In this document: positions 1 to 13,075 of the stretch, piece by piece
Position numbering within the stretch: the stretch's first letter is position 1
Layout of the letters: every line of letters starts with the position of its first letter
Assembly: GCF_964204645.1 (NCBI RefSeq)
Contig: NC_134031.1
Location: forward strand, 5,580,001 to 5,644,000
Source: Tubulanus polymorphus
Taxonomy: Eukaryota > Animalia > Nemertea
DNA length: 64,000 nucleotides
Direction of reading: 5' to 3'
The notes under the pieces: generated by a model
Told to the model about the DNA's origin: nothing
What the model saw: the letters and a program-made list of their open reading frames with translations, nothing else
Database searches by the model: none
Position numbers and translations under genes: made by a program

Positions 1-419
1 CTGATTCACCGTCAACGTCTGATGCAAACAATAGGTTCAAATGATCGGTCATTTTGTATACGTCAATGTCACTGGTAGGCCTATATTTCACACCGCAGCT
101 GGCTGCTACTGCTGCTGCACCGATCAACTCTGATTCACACACATAATCAACTCGAGTTTGTTGTCATATGACAGATTGCTGCGGCTGCGATTCATTTTCA
201 TTTTTTTCGTAACTGTCAATTATGTCTACACACTGAGTCATCTTTCCTAGATAAGAAATGTTGCTATTCTCACGCTTGTTATATTCCTTTTCGGAGTCGT
301 CGATAAAAAGAACTTTATTTCCTAGCGAGATCCCCAGGATAGCAATTTAACGGCTGGAGGTTGATTAGAATGGGCATTAAAACAAAAAAACATGGCCACT
401 AGAAAAAACACTCGAGTTT

Positions 420-730
420 GAACGGAATGACGTCATCGCGCTAGCCCTCTCTTAAGTCACGTGATGTCTTGTGATGATAAGTACTAATTTGCGCTAAATA
501 TCGCGCAGGCGGGCTTCCTCCTGTCGTATGTACTAATCTTATTATTTAGCAGCGATTCGGTTCGGCTGATTCAATCAATTGTGAAAACACGCTACAATTC
601 ACCGAGCACAGCGCCACTTGTCAACATGAATCATACCTTCAGACGTCTTGCAACAACAACATCTACCCTGTGTAAGTAAATGGAAAATCCGGAAAATCTA
701 CCGCCACCGGAAGTCGTGTGACGTCACATC
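420..730. promoter_or_regulatory. Promoter-like motif cluster
   Basis: CRE TGACGTCA (428-435), E-box GTCACGTGA (near 456), ETS CCGGAAGT (707-714) next to GTGACGTCAC (718-727); CpG-rich; a minus-strand donor AAG|GTATGA at 637/636 lies just downstream. Confidence 0.4.
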
Positions 731-1650
731 GCGTCACTGTTGCGAATTTCGTCTGCCGAAACCGCGCGGAAAAAGTAATGGAAGGAAAATGTCGGGAGGT
801 CGTCGACTGATGGACTCGGGTAGCGCACGCAATCTGTCCCAAGCTACCGTCATTAGTCTATTCTTTACTTGTAGAATTAGGCATTTTTCCCGCCGTCGCC
901 AAATCTTGGATGAAATTATCGCGAATTCGCGCGCGCGTGTTCCGCCGTCTAATGACTGCCATCTCGTCGTCGTCGTTTGGTATAGGATTGCCAATTTTCG
1001 TCGCTCGATCGGTCATTTTTGTGCAAAAGCGTGCTGCGACTAATCACCTATCAACTTCCGAAAATCCACAACAACCGGTAAATACATCACCGTAAGCGCT
1101 GTTCTAACGACACTAATACCCCCACGTCTCCTCTGACCGGCGTGGTCAAAGCCAATAAATCCAATTACCTATTTCTAGTGCAAATAAAAGCGACCGAATA
1201 TTAAGAGCTCTGGCAGAGTATTTTATGGCGCGGCTTAAGACGGCGCGTTGAGTACTAGAGGGTTTGATGGATCGACGCGGAAAGAATGCGAAAATAACCT
1301 GTTCTCCTGGGAAATTAATAATAAACGCCGGTTGAGGTAACGAGCATCCTGTAAGAAATAGCCGTGCGCACTAACCACGAAGACCCTAAATAATTCACTG
1401 ATACACAGTGTGTACATGATCTTTCATTTCTAGATCAATGAAGGGATATGGGCACACGTGTATAAAGACAATATCTAACAAAATGTTCGTTATATAGGCC
1501 TACACTGAAATGTAGAAGTGCCATTCTATAGGGGATGAAAATCAACTTGTTTTTATTGGAACTAATGTTTCGATTTTTTTACCATATATCATCATATAAA
1601 GGGGCCAGTAGCGCGCGCAAAAGTTGGTTAAAGTTTCTATGTCCAGCCAG

Positions 1651-1810
1651 GGCCAAATTCGGTTTTCGTATCTAGTCGACTAGTGGTCGGAACTAAATAA
1701 TCGAATGCGCTTGGTTTCCGAGCTATTTCCGGAATATAGTTCCGACTAACTGAAATTCGGTTTCACTTAGTTCAGCTATAGTCGACTAACCCAGATAATC
1801 GAAGTTGGCC
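1651..1810. mobile_element. MITE, PIF/Harbinger-like
   Basis: Terminal inverted repeats GGCCAAATTCG...CGAAGTTGGCC, internally palindromic, flanked by CAG/CAT. Confidence 0.55.
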
Positions 1811-1933
1811 CATACTGTCTCTAGTCTGTTAGGTCTCAGTCAAGGTTTTAGTTTTAAAATAGAATATCACATTTGCACGAATCACGAGTCCATGTTTGGT
1901 TAAACACAAAGGCAATGGAGTTATCACATACTG

Positions 1934-2047
1934 GGACCAGTTGCTTGAAAGTTATTAGTACGTAAGTTGACATAGTGACATTTAAAAGTTCATCGTTATT
2001 GGTATTTATCGTCGGTAATCATCAACCATCTTTTGAGCAACTTGTCC
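1934..2047. mobile_element. MITE, PIF/Harbinger-like
   Basis: TIR GGACCAGTTGCT...AGCAACTTGTCC with 3-bp CTG direct repeats. Confidence 0.6.
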
Positions 2048-2794
2048 CTGGACTGTTGAGTGAATAAGATAAATGTTATAGTTTTTTTTCGGAAAAAGTT
2101 ACGGAATAACGAAATTTGACGTATTGAGGGGCGTTTTATACGAACGTAAGCGCCCTACCTACTCTTCAAAAGTGACCAATTCGTGTGAAGTCAGCTTTGC
2201 TCGGTTCCTGATCCACGTTATACCAACATTTTACCTGCAGCCTCTTTCAGGACTTCTTTAATGTCCCGAGCACCGTGTGATTTTATTAGGTTACACTCTC
2301 AACATGAAAGACACCCCTACAAATCTGTTTATTGTTTCATTTCACACCTCATTTGTTCGGGAATTAAACAAAAAATTCAATTTCCAGAGAATTATCCTTC
2401 AAACGGAAATAATAACGAGGATCGTAACGGAATTATACAGACGGTACACCAGTAAACTGAGCGGTTTCAACCATCGGCGCAGATTCCCAAAGAAAAACGA
2501 TCGTTGCGCAGTCAACAGATTCACATCAGACTGTCGACCTCTTCCCTACAGCTGTGTGATGTACATTATGTAAGCACACTAGAACCGTGATCGTATAAGC
2601 TAGAGTCATACTAGAACAGACACGTGGGTTATCATGAACTTTGTGACAAAAATGGTTAAACAGGATCGGAACAGGGGGTTTTGTGGGCCTTGTATACAAT
2701 ACACTCAAATCGTTGCCCTTTTCTAAGTGAAACCATACATTTTACTGTATCATTATCATATGGAATCTTATAATCTTCTCTTGTATATCTAGTA

Positions 2795-2965
2795 GGTTAA
2801 GGCCAAGTTTCCCACTTGGAAATGCTGCAAAATAATCCACCCACGAACAAATTTTCAAATGCGACGCTTTCCTTATCATTACGCCTGCAAATATACCTTT
2901 TCAATGATTATAAATGCACTTAAATGTGCCTAAAGACCTCCAGAGGTAGGCATTGGATCCGCCCC
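2795..2965 (+). repeat. Interspersed repeat (second copy about 13805-13982)
   Basis: Closely similar text at both sites (TTAAGGC.AAGTTT.CCACTTGGAAATGCTG...CAGAGGTAGGCATTGGATCC.CCCC). Confidence 0.75.
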
Positions 2966-3540
2966 GGTTTTCATTCGGCTTTAAATGGTCAATAATTGGA
3001 ATTCTACAAAGGTTAAATGCTTGGTCCTCTTCAGAAAAAACTTTAACCAAACCCAATAATGATCAGAACATAACTGTCACGATTAGGTTCGAATGCCGCA
3101 TTTTCAAATCTCTTTAACGCAGTATACTTTATCGATCCGAGGCGAACGTCACCATCAATGACAATATTATTGCGTTAAAACTTATTCAATTGGAAAACGA
3201 AGTAAATTGAGACGGTGATTCATTTTCAGCGAAGGCAATCATCTTGAATTTCCGGCATGTTTTGAAACTGCGTGTCTGAATACACAGTGCGTGTGTGTTT
3301 GTCGCGATTGCAGCCAGACAGCTTATACACATTTATACAAAAAAAGTCGAAGAAATATATACAAGAAAAACGTACTTATCCTGCCACAATGCCCATACAG
3401 ACAATTGCAGAATATATACATTTTGTTTTTTTTACATTTCCTTTCTCTTTCTTTCTTGAAATAAGGTTGAACCGTATAAACACAGACAATACATCTATTC
3501 ATCTATGAAAATTCGTTCTGATACGCGCTCAGCGACAGCC

Positions 3541-3704
3541 CATCCTCCCTCGGCAGGGATTCAAACATGATGGCATCGCTACACCCAGCCACGGCGCGTA
3601 CCCTGGTAGACTGGTTGCCTGTCCCGGATAGAGACCGGTAACCAGTCTAGTATCGCGGCGATCTCGATGCCATCAGGTTCGAATCCCTGCCAGGGGATGA
3701 TAGT
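3541..3704. mobile_element. Foldback made of two back-to-back tRNA-derived SINE-like heads
   Basis: Arms 3552-3578/3665-3691 (25/27 complementary) and 3607-3623/3633-3649 (15/17); B-box GGTTCGAATCC; related single heads at about 40385-40472 and 5400-5465. Confidence 0.6.
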
Positions 3705-4855
3705 GACAGCCAGGTTTCATATGAAATCAACGGTCAACATTTAAGATTAGAATTTGATTATTCTCGATGTGATCTTATCGACTCTATTTCTGAGTCATTT
3801 CATTGTTTAGTCAATTTCTCATTAATTCATCGGCGGCCAAAAAATTATCGCAAAAGAGCCATCGATGTCAATAACAGAAAATTGAGATTGGTTCCGCGAT
3901 TATCAACGAGCACTTAAATTCTCTCTAAGCATCGCAACACCGAGAGATACCTTTCTCACCCGCGGCTTTGAATTCGTTTCTTTTGATATCACTTTTCTCT
4001 CAAACACCGCTCTGAGCGACGAACGAATAAACATCGCCTAATTGAAGTGCTCATTCGCCGCGTATTTGCCGCACGAGGAAACTTTTAAAATTCTTCTCGT
4101 CAAAACTTCACCATCCGCAGAGATTTACCGCTTTCCGTCTGCACAGATTTCGGGATACACGGCGGCTCAATCGAGTATATCGCACGACACTTTTTAAGAA
4201 TCCTTTGATACGTAATTTTTGGAAGGTTATACCGCGCGCGGTTTCATCCCGGTTCGAGTGGAGATGTTGTCTACGCCGCTCGGCGCGGAACGGAGAGATT
4301 TTGATCGTCGGTGTTAAAAATTGATCGGCATTTTCAGTCGTGATTTTCCGCGGCGACAAGTTGTGTGTTCAACGATGCCGCAATTCGTCGTGTTTTTCAA
4401 TGATTACTAGGAACAGCCGTCGTCTGCCTAACATCGATTAACCGGGGTTACATTAGCGCGATAGTAACATCATCCGCGCATCCGCGCATCCTGCTTTGCT
4501 AAGGGATGATGGGGAAGTATCCGCCGCCGCACTCTTTCGTGGAAGATCACATTTGCATTTGCATTTGTGCGTTTTTGTAGTGTATTGTTTGCTAAAAACT
4601 AAATCAAGAAAATATATATTGATATGGTTTCGTAGAGGAATGGGGGATGTCAACATTTTCATAGCCGCGCAGCGGGTTAGACAATCACTGGACACACCCT
4701 GACAATCAGACGGGTAGAACGGGCCCCTTAATAGTCAGCCGGTCAATGGACAGTCGGATAGATAGGACGGGTCTCATCTTCAGCCATTCGGCAGTCCAGA
4801 CACACTAGACAGTCGGTCGACAGTCCAGACACGCTGGGTAGTCGGGCAGCAGACA

Positions 4856-5030
4856 GGGTACACAGCTAAGAGGCGGTCAGCGCTGTGGAAAGTTGACAGG
4901 AGGGTACACTGCAGCTAAGAGGCGGTCAGCGCTGTGGACAGTTGACAGGAGGGTACACTGCAGCTAAGAGGCGGTCAGCGCTGTGGACAGTTGACAGGAG
5001 GGTACACTGCAGCTATGAGGCGGTCAGCAT
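4856..5030. repeat. 49-bp tandem minisatellite, about 3.5 copies
   Basis: GGGTACACTGCAGCTAAGAGGCGGTCAGCGCTGTGGACAGTTGACAGGA starts at 4902, 4951 and 5000; shorter copy at 4856. Confidence 0.9.
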
Positions 5031-7967
5031 GGACAGTATGTGGACAGTAGACCCGATACAGCTGAGCGTGTTAGCCGCGAGGACAGGCTGACTACGATCA
5101 ATCACTATTATAGATGGCGATTATCCGGTTAAGTAGTTTCTGTAGGGAACAAATCCGGATAAAAGAGGGAATTATTGGAATCGATAATACGTCGTTAACA
5201 CCCCGGACCATCCAGTGACCTTTAAAATAATTCACATTACACCGAGGGGCTAAATGCGATATATTGTGTCATAAATTGTGACGGAGAGGAAATGAGCAAA
5301 TAATACTGCAATGAATATTCCATCAATGTAAACAATTTTATGATGCTTTTTGTATGGATTGGATAAGCAATGTTCGTCACGACAGTCGAAGGAAATCAGC
5401 CTGCCTCGACAGGGAACTTAATGGCATCGAGACCCGACTCGCCACGGCACGAGACCCTGCCTGAATAGCCCTAAAGTTCGCATCTATTTGGCCATCTTAG
5501 CCGCAAAAAACGAATTGCAACACCGATCACTCTTCCAAATCTTCCAAATGCATGGATAGATTTTTAGGCCAAATAGAATAAACCGGGCTTAAATGAAACG
5601 TTATGTTTTTGGGGAAGGGACTAGAGCAGCGTCGTGCCCGTGCTCCAGGCTTTAGCTGTAGATATGAATCCAGGCATTCCAGCATTTCCTATTGAGAATC
5701 GTCGATGGTTTACCCATAATATAAACCTAGAATGCCTATGTCTTAGAATGCTAAGATCGTTGAAATCGGTAATTCATATAAACATATAACATATTTATCG
5801 TACGCACTCGGAAAACGGCCGCCATTTTGAAAAATACGACGTAAATATAAACATTTTGAACGGGCATATTTTGACTTCAATATCACATATTCATAGAACT
5901 GTCGACCCCTGATGCCGAGAGATCTGATGCCTTTCGCCTGACAATCATTATTACACAGGTAATTACGGTAATAACAATATGGCTGTTTTCTCAGCGGTGT
6001 TTCAGTTGTTGTTTTTACGGCCGTTCCTGATGCGTTGTTAATTATCATTCTCTCGCCGTTACTGATGAGTATTGTCACGATATTATTCCTTCGATAATAA
6101 CAACGGGATTATTGTCTGAATACGCGGAGCTGCACTCACACACACGCACGCCATCAAACTACATCGCCTTTACGCAGATACTGTTCACTAGAATCTACAA
6201 CTTCCTTTTCAACCAGCAAATATTCTCCCAGACGCAAAATGAAATACATTCTCACTTCCAGCTATACTCAAACTCCCATCTCTGCGATAACCCTGTTATA
6301 ATTGTCAGTCTCATCGCTTATTCTCAACTCCCTATTCTTTTTCATTGTCTTTTCCATTTTCTTTGCTACTCTTCTCTTATTTTTATCACCCCTCTGCCAA
6401 TGGTGATTGTAAACTTCTTAAACGATCGTGGCGAGATTTCAAAGGTGGGCCAGTTCACCCCTGTTTTCTTCAAAATCAAACATTGCCAGTTCTGAGAATC
6501 ATACGGGGGAACGAAGGCCGTAGGTGGACAGAAGTCGAGCCTGTCGGAAAGATAAACGAGACATTGAAAATGGGACTATACTTGTATGTCCACGAGGAAA
6601 ATCATGATATATTATATCAGTGTCACAGAACATCAAAATCTATGCACCGAAGCTGCGTATATACATTATACAGTGTATGTATGTTACTATGAAATACGTG
6701 TTTAAAGCAATCCCTTCTTTTTTAACTTCGTAGAATTTACGCTCAAATTAAATGCAGGGTTAGCTTTGATTTGTTAAAATTAGGCATTTAGCGAACAACA
6801 AATCCGAGACGCTGCGTATACGCCTGCAATTAGGCGTGTACGTCTATCTATCAGACGAGATGTGTCGTATTATGTATCACGTGATCGATGAATATAATTA
6901 AAGCAATTTTACCTGGAATTACTCGATTGGTTAGATCAGATAGAATTCGTCGACGATAATTTGCTTTAATAAGATTAAACAAGCTCTGGCGTTCTGAGAA
7001 AAATCTAATTCACGGAGAAATTTATTCAATTATGTTGTAATTAGATTGCGAGCGAAACGTGCTGTAGACACGTATAGGCCACACGTCTGCTTAGAGATGA
7101 TACTAACTTCAAACTTCACAAACGTTGTTCAACTTTCATTTCTAAAACAAAAATAGATTTCGAAATTTGATAGATTATCTAATGACGCAGGTGAACTACT
7201 TATACGGGGTTTGATGTAGCAGAAGGTTAGAAACATCGAATATCGTAAAAAATGTTTCGACCCTGTCTTAGTAGCTAAATTAAATCTTGCCTGTGACATC
7301 GTGGATGATTAAGATTCTTAACATAATGAGATTGAGAATGCGAGGTTTACTAGATATACTGGGTTGAACCGAGAACACGATATTTGAAAGGTCAATGACA
7401 ATCGTTTTTCCAGCTCTCCGACATTCAAATAAACACACACACGAAGATTTTCGGAAATTGATTTTTCGATTATCTTTGGGCCTTACGTATAGGGCTTCTA
7501 TTTCTAATTACAACACAGAAAATTGAGAAGCTGCAACTTTAAGACCTAGCTTGCGTATTGAAGACTACATCCAAAAAAGTAATCTACGGTACGCTGCCTA
7601 GTGTGCAGATTATTTTGAGTTTTGATCTCGAAATATGGAATCTTTCCATCCCTATTTATTTGATTGACTGATTAATTTTTATTTGAATTTTGCATCCCTT
7701 ACAAACCCGCAATACCTACCGGGTTTGATTTCAATATTCCGAAAACGAAGTACACTATACAATCGGATGATTGATCGAATTTTCATTAACTTCTTTTTTT
7801 CAAATCGAAATACATAATCGGAAATTTCGATTCCGATTCGATTAATCAATTTTCCAACCAGTCTGATCCGGTAAGCGACTGGTTGGGGTTGAGTGTAAAG
7901 CGAGCAAAATCAATTCGAGACTTGCAGCCCCATCCCACCAGAGGGCGCTCAGCGTGCATACAGACTA

Positions 7968-8424
7968 GTTTATTTGAATTTAGGGTCGGGTCCTATGTTT
8001 TACCTGTGAACATATGTTCAAACCTTCACTTAGACAGAGCCGATAGAATATGCCCCACTTGTAATACTTTAGGTGACGAATCCCATTTTCTGTTTGACTG
8101 TACCTTACTTAACGAACCCCGCGAAAACTATTTGAATTTGAATACCTTTAATACCCTTGATATTCTGAAAAACCCAACGGTCAAATTAGCTAAATTCATT
8201 AAGACCGGCTTAGATGTATATAGATCCCTCCAATAGTATATATAGTATTGTAAATAGTTGATGTATATATATTTCGTTACGTTTTCATTCTCTAAATTTT
8301 AATCACTCCAGTGTTGTTTTGTAAATACATGTATTTGTATATACATGTGCAATAGTTTTCCTCCATATACCATGGAAATGGTTGGAGTGTAAATAAAATC
8401 GTAATCGTAATCGTAATCGTAATC
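7968..8424 (+). mobile_element. 5'-truncated non-LTR retrotransposon (LINE) 3' end
   Basis: ORF ending at 8236 encodes FRVGSYVLP...DRICPTCNTLGDESHFLFDC (CCHC zinc knuckle typical of LINE ORF2 C-termini), then 3' UTR, AATAAA and an (ATCGTA)n tail at 8398-8424; possible GACTA target-site duplication (7963-7967 / 8425-8429). Confidence 0.8.
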
Positions 8425-10384
8425 GACTATATTTCACGTGAAACATTTGTTATTTCATTGCCGCCCGTGCAACACGACAACTTTGTACGACGAACGGACG
8501 GAAACTCGTAATAATCAAAATTGATTACAACTCTGGGAGTGAATTCTCACGTGCCCGCGTATCATCAAATTTCGGAATTGGTTCCGTGACTCAGAGATGC
8601 CGGGACCATTTTTTGCCGTCGACACTTATATTTATTTTAGGCCCGTGCGGTGCGGCGCGCCTGGACGGAGAATTAATTCGTGTAGTGATTAATAGTCGTG
8701 TAAATCCTATTGGATTCCGTATGGTCCGTCATCCATATCTTTATTTAATTCCTATGACGGGAGCGAGTGACTCGCTCTCTCGCGCGGGGACGAGCGCCTG
8801 AATAAATTAATCACCGACCACCAGCAAAAAAAGATAATTCGTCGCGTAAAACACAATGAAAGAGCGCATATCAGCGACAATGCTTTTATCTACTTAAACA
8901 ATTCCGACAGGAATAATGACATCGACACGGACTTTTTGTTCCGCTAATTAAAGAACAACAAACATTGCGACGCAGCCTGTAATTTGTTGGCCTAAAGGTC
9001 TGCTTGATCGGATCGGTTTTGCGAAGATATTTTGACCCGATGTTTGGAGATGTTTATACAACTGATTAATTGGAAATGACTGTTCAATTTGTACATTGAA
9101 AAGCTAAGATCGCCAGGCATTGTTTGCGGTGACTTTCTACATGACTCATTGTCAATGAAATACTGAAATATTCATCATCATCAATTTTCCTTCCCATCTT
9201 TTCAACTTTACAAAGGCTTTATCGAAGGAAGAAAAATCCAGGAGGTGGATCAAGGGGAAGACTTTGACAGGAGCACAGAAATGAAAAGGGCATACTGAAA
9301 AAAGGGCAAGTTAAGTATCCACGCAGCCAAAACAAAGGTCTTGAAAATGTTGAAATTTCAGTGCAATTTCATACATTTTCTAGGAACTTGAGGGACCGGA
9401 AAATAAGCTAAATCTTGCGCTGCAGACTGTTATCTTATTAGTGTGAATAGTGCCATTGTATTTTCAGAAGGGCACGGGGAAAATCCCGGCGGGAGTACAA
9501 CGTGCTTCTTGCGCTCCCGTCTGGCACCCTATAACACTACACTTAACATTTTCTGAAAAAACGTGTATAATTGTGCTGTAGGTGAAGGTCGTATGCAGAT
9601 TACTTTCATGAAGAACAATGGGCGAGCGTGTGAACAGATTTGTCGTCGAATAACTCTAGATTAAATCCAAGTCACGTCATTTCGCGTTTACATTTGTCTG
9701 ATGCTCTTCAAGAGAAACGTTTGATAGAATCCTCTCAGCCTCGTTATTTCTCTCTCGCGGCGTCGGAGCAGCGATCAGGAATAAAAAGTTCTAGAAACTT
9801 CTTCTGCGCGCTATCGGCAGAGACACGATTTAACAGAAGCACTTGCTACTTAGCGCGACCTTCAGGTGACTTCTTAAAGGAGCTTTGGAATGAAACATTT
9901 CAAATCCGAAATCATAGTTTCGCTGATTACAGGAATTAAACGGTTTACTACGACTTCGAAAAATGACTAATGCGCCTTTTACTCAGCAGCGAGAACCTCT
10001 TCAATTCGTAATGGCCGCGTACTGTCGAACCGTTTTATTGGACATTTATATGAAAGCTGAATCGCTTCACATCAGAAATCGATACCAATTTGAAATTCCA
10101 ATTCCAATAATAAGCGGTACATTTCGAATAGAGCAGGCATTCGAATTGAACTGAACCTCATGAATGTTATAACCATTTTAAGCGGTGTTCTCGCCGTTCT
10201 TGAAGCCTCTAGTAGAAACTTTATTTCCTGTCGAATTCAACTCGACGAAATTTATTGAGGGGAAGACTTCACAATAGTTGAAAGTGCAATAACTCAGTTC
10301 TGGTGATCCGAAAAAGCCCCTGAACCAGGTACCTCGATATTCTTTGAATTGTAATTCAAATTGACATGATAGATGAGAAAAGTA

Positions 10385-10803
10385 ATTAGAAAGTTTATTG
10401 ATGCCTTGAAAGATAACACATATAGGGCTTATTGCTTAATATTGTCGACAATGAATTATATAACATAGATTATATGGTAATGAGGATCAATAAATTTATT
10501 TCGGATTTGAATATATCGATATTTGAATTGAATTGGCCGGCAACCAGTCGATAGGCCTATATAGATGACGTAGTGCAAATCCTTTAAAAAATAATCATCA
10601 AAATTAATCAACAAAATATGAGTTATGAAATATGTTTGATTACTACAAAATATACGCCAAAATTTAAAATTGTAATTGTTATTTTGAAACACCAATATTG
10701 ATGACGTAGTGTAGATCATCTCACACAGAGCCCCTTAATGACGCATACTATAGTATCGATGTATATAAACATTATTGTAACGGTTTTTACGGCGTCAAAA
10801 AAG
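10385..10803. repeat. About 430-bp interspersed repeat (inverted copies at about 22115-22545 and 62530-62942)
   Basis: Shared blocks AACGGTTTTTACGGCGTCAAAA, GATGACGTAGTG and GGATTTGAATAT are found in reverse complement at both other loci. Confidence 0.75.
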
Positions 10804-12390
10804 ACACACGTTTTTATTCATATAGATATATATCTTTTTGATTCGGGATCATTCGGAAAAGTTGCCGGAGAGACTACACACTTAAAATTGTATCGATTTA
10901 TCTTATAACACACATCGCGCAAAACGAGGAGCTGGATTAATGACGTCGCGGGTCGTGAGAAAATACCGGGACACGCGTCTTTGCATCTAATCCCTAGTGG
11001 CGTCCTAAAGCCGCCATCGAGGCCAAATCGTTCAATAAAGCGTTTCACTCTCACTACTCGTGACCCAATTAGAGTCGCTAGAGATATGGCTTATTCAAAC
11101 TTCAAAATGCCTCTTATGCTTAAAAGAGTTATATGTAGTTTATATCCACCCAAGACGGAGAATTACTGATTCAATTATAGGCATGTTGTTTTTAGTAGTG
11201 GATCTGAAAGGACCTTCAACTTTGTTATTTTATTGGAGCAGTCTTTAAATCGACCAAAACGGCATATATACACACAACAAACGTTTGACTGTTAGACTGT
11301 TATTGATCTCAGTATTTCTGAGTTTATGATCAAAATCCACAGTTAACGACTTTACGATTTATTTTCTGACAGTAACGAAGTTTTGACAAAACTTCATCAT
11401 CAGAAAAACGAAAATTACGAAGTATAAAGCCTAACCTAAATGAATGAATTTACTTTCTCAAATATATGAACGTGAGTATGAAATTTTTTCTTTGATTGCT
11501 TCGTATAAATTGAAAATTTACATATTTGAGGAGGGGTCATCTCCGAGCTCTAAGAGCTGTAACTTTGAAACCGTCAGAAAATAAATCGTGAAATGATTTT
11601 GCATAAGCATGTTATATGAGGGGCATTGTGCGTAATTTTCTCATATCACTCCATCCCTCTCCCCACCAGTCTTACTTGTTTGTCGATCAAATCGTATCTT
11701 AAATACTACCGTTATTTGTACTTTGGACTGAGACCCGGACTCCTAGTCCCTCCGATTTCATTTCGAATAACCTAGATGAATTTCCATGTTCCGAAAATTA
11801 AAGATCTCTGGTAGAAAATATCCAATCAATTCAAGACCTTGTACTGTGCGTTTGATGTCGAGCTGTAACCGCTTACCACCAGTTTCATGCCGGTTTTAGG
11901 GCAAACATTGAAAAACCAAACGCGTTATTTCGCGTGGCCTGCGTCAATCGTAGATTGAAGGTGACGGAAGCATCTGTCCCGTTTGCCTCTAATCCAACTG
12001 GACGCGCAGTGACTAATCACAAATTCTTCGGCGGAACGTAAAAAATTTCCTCTCAAGAGATCAAAAAGTCAGACGTCGTCATCAGCAGCCGAGGAATGGT
12101 TAGTTACAGGATGCTTGTGTTTTGTGATTAAGCTGCAGCAGCCGATGGAATCTTGATTTTCTTTTGCGCGCTAGATGAACCGTGAAAGAGAACCAGGTCC
12201 GAATACTGTTTTATCCGTTCTCTCTTTTAAGACCCACGCATTTCGTATCTCGTGGAGAGTCAGTCTGTATATACTACATGTTCTTACACTTTGTCATGTT
12301 AGAACTCTCAGTCTGAAGGTTTACTTACTCTGACTCGTGAAACGTTTCCGTCTAAAATCCACAGTTGTGGATTGCATTCAATATTGGAGT

Positions 12391-12500
12391 AGCCGCGATC
12401 ACGCACGAGCGTTTTAGGCCCGGCACGACCGTTCACACGGTTGCCAAATTCGTCGGACCAGGCCTGAACCAAATTTTAGCACGGGTCAATTTGATGACTC
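12391..12500 (+). mobile_element. Partial copy of the AGCCGCGATC-ended MITE family
   Basis: Starts AGCCGCGATCAC and shares CCAAATT.TAGCACGGGTCAA with the copy at 61423 and similar text with 63413. Confidence 0.6.
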
Positions 12501-12746
12501 CCGACCCAGATCCAGTTCCACATTACTCAATTCATGTTCCAAATACACATTTCGTCCAACACCTTTTTGACAGGGACGATCAGTTTTTGTTTATATAAAT
12601 ATCGAAAATCTAATAGCATCTCAGAAAAGATAACAGGCATTGATAATTTTAAAAATGGGAATCCAATTGTGTATAGTTAAAGAAGTAATACGCCTGGTTC
12701 GAAAATTAATAGATCTTATCAACTAACATGTTCAGTTAAGTTTGTA

Positions 12747-13075
12747 GGGGTGCCGGCACCGTTATTGTGGCAATCGAGGGTTCCACCTATGACAGGCGAG
12801 GATCCACCAGGTTCGCTAGTGGTTACTCAGTTACATCGCTTCAATTTCTTCCTCATTTCAATTAAATTTGAATCAACTTTTCTCATTCAATCAAAAAGTA
12901 CAACTATACCATACACTCATTGGGGACGCCAATCTTATATCGATTTGATGACTTGTTTGACAAAATTTCCATTTGGGAGTCCTAAAATCGAGTTCAAAGT
13001 TCATTGAAAATGAACTAATTTTCACTGTCTACAACTGAGTGCATTGTTGCGCCATCTGGTGTGTGCAGGTACCCC
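12747..13075 (+). mobile_element. About 330-bp MITE with GGGGT(A/G)CC termini, copy 1
   Basis: TIR GGGGTGCC...GGTACCCC; colinear along its length with 56292-56617. Confidence 0.8.

Noticed and set aside
648-1095. ORFs of 131, 86 and 61 aa
   Set aside because: Arg/Ser-rich translations typical of CpG-rich non-coding DNA; no domain or splice support.
3633-3699. tRNA gene (GGTTCGAATCCC T-loop)
   Set aside because: No acceptor stem or cloverleaf can be formed; better explained as a SINE head.
6112-6692. Overlapping 127-aa and 115-aa ORFs
   Set aside because: Low-complexity pyrimidine-rich sequence with no recognisable homology.
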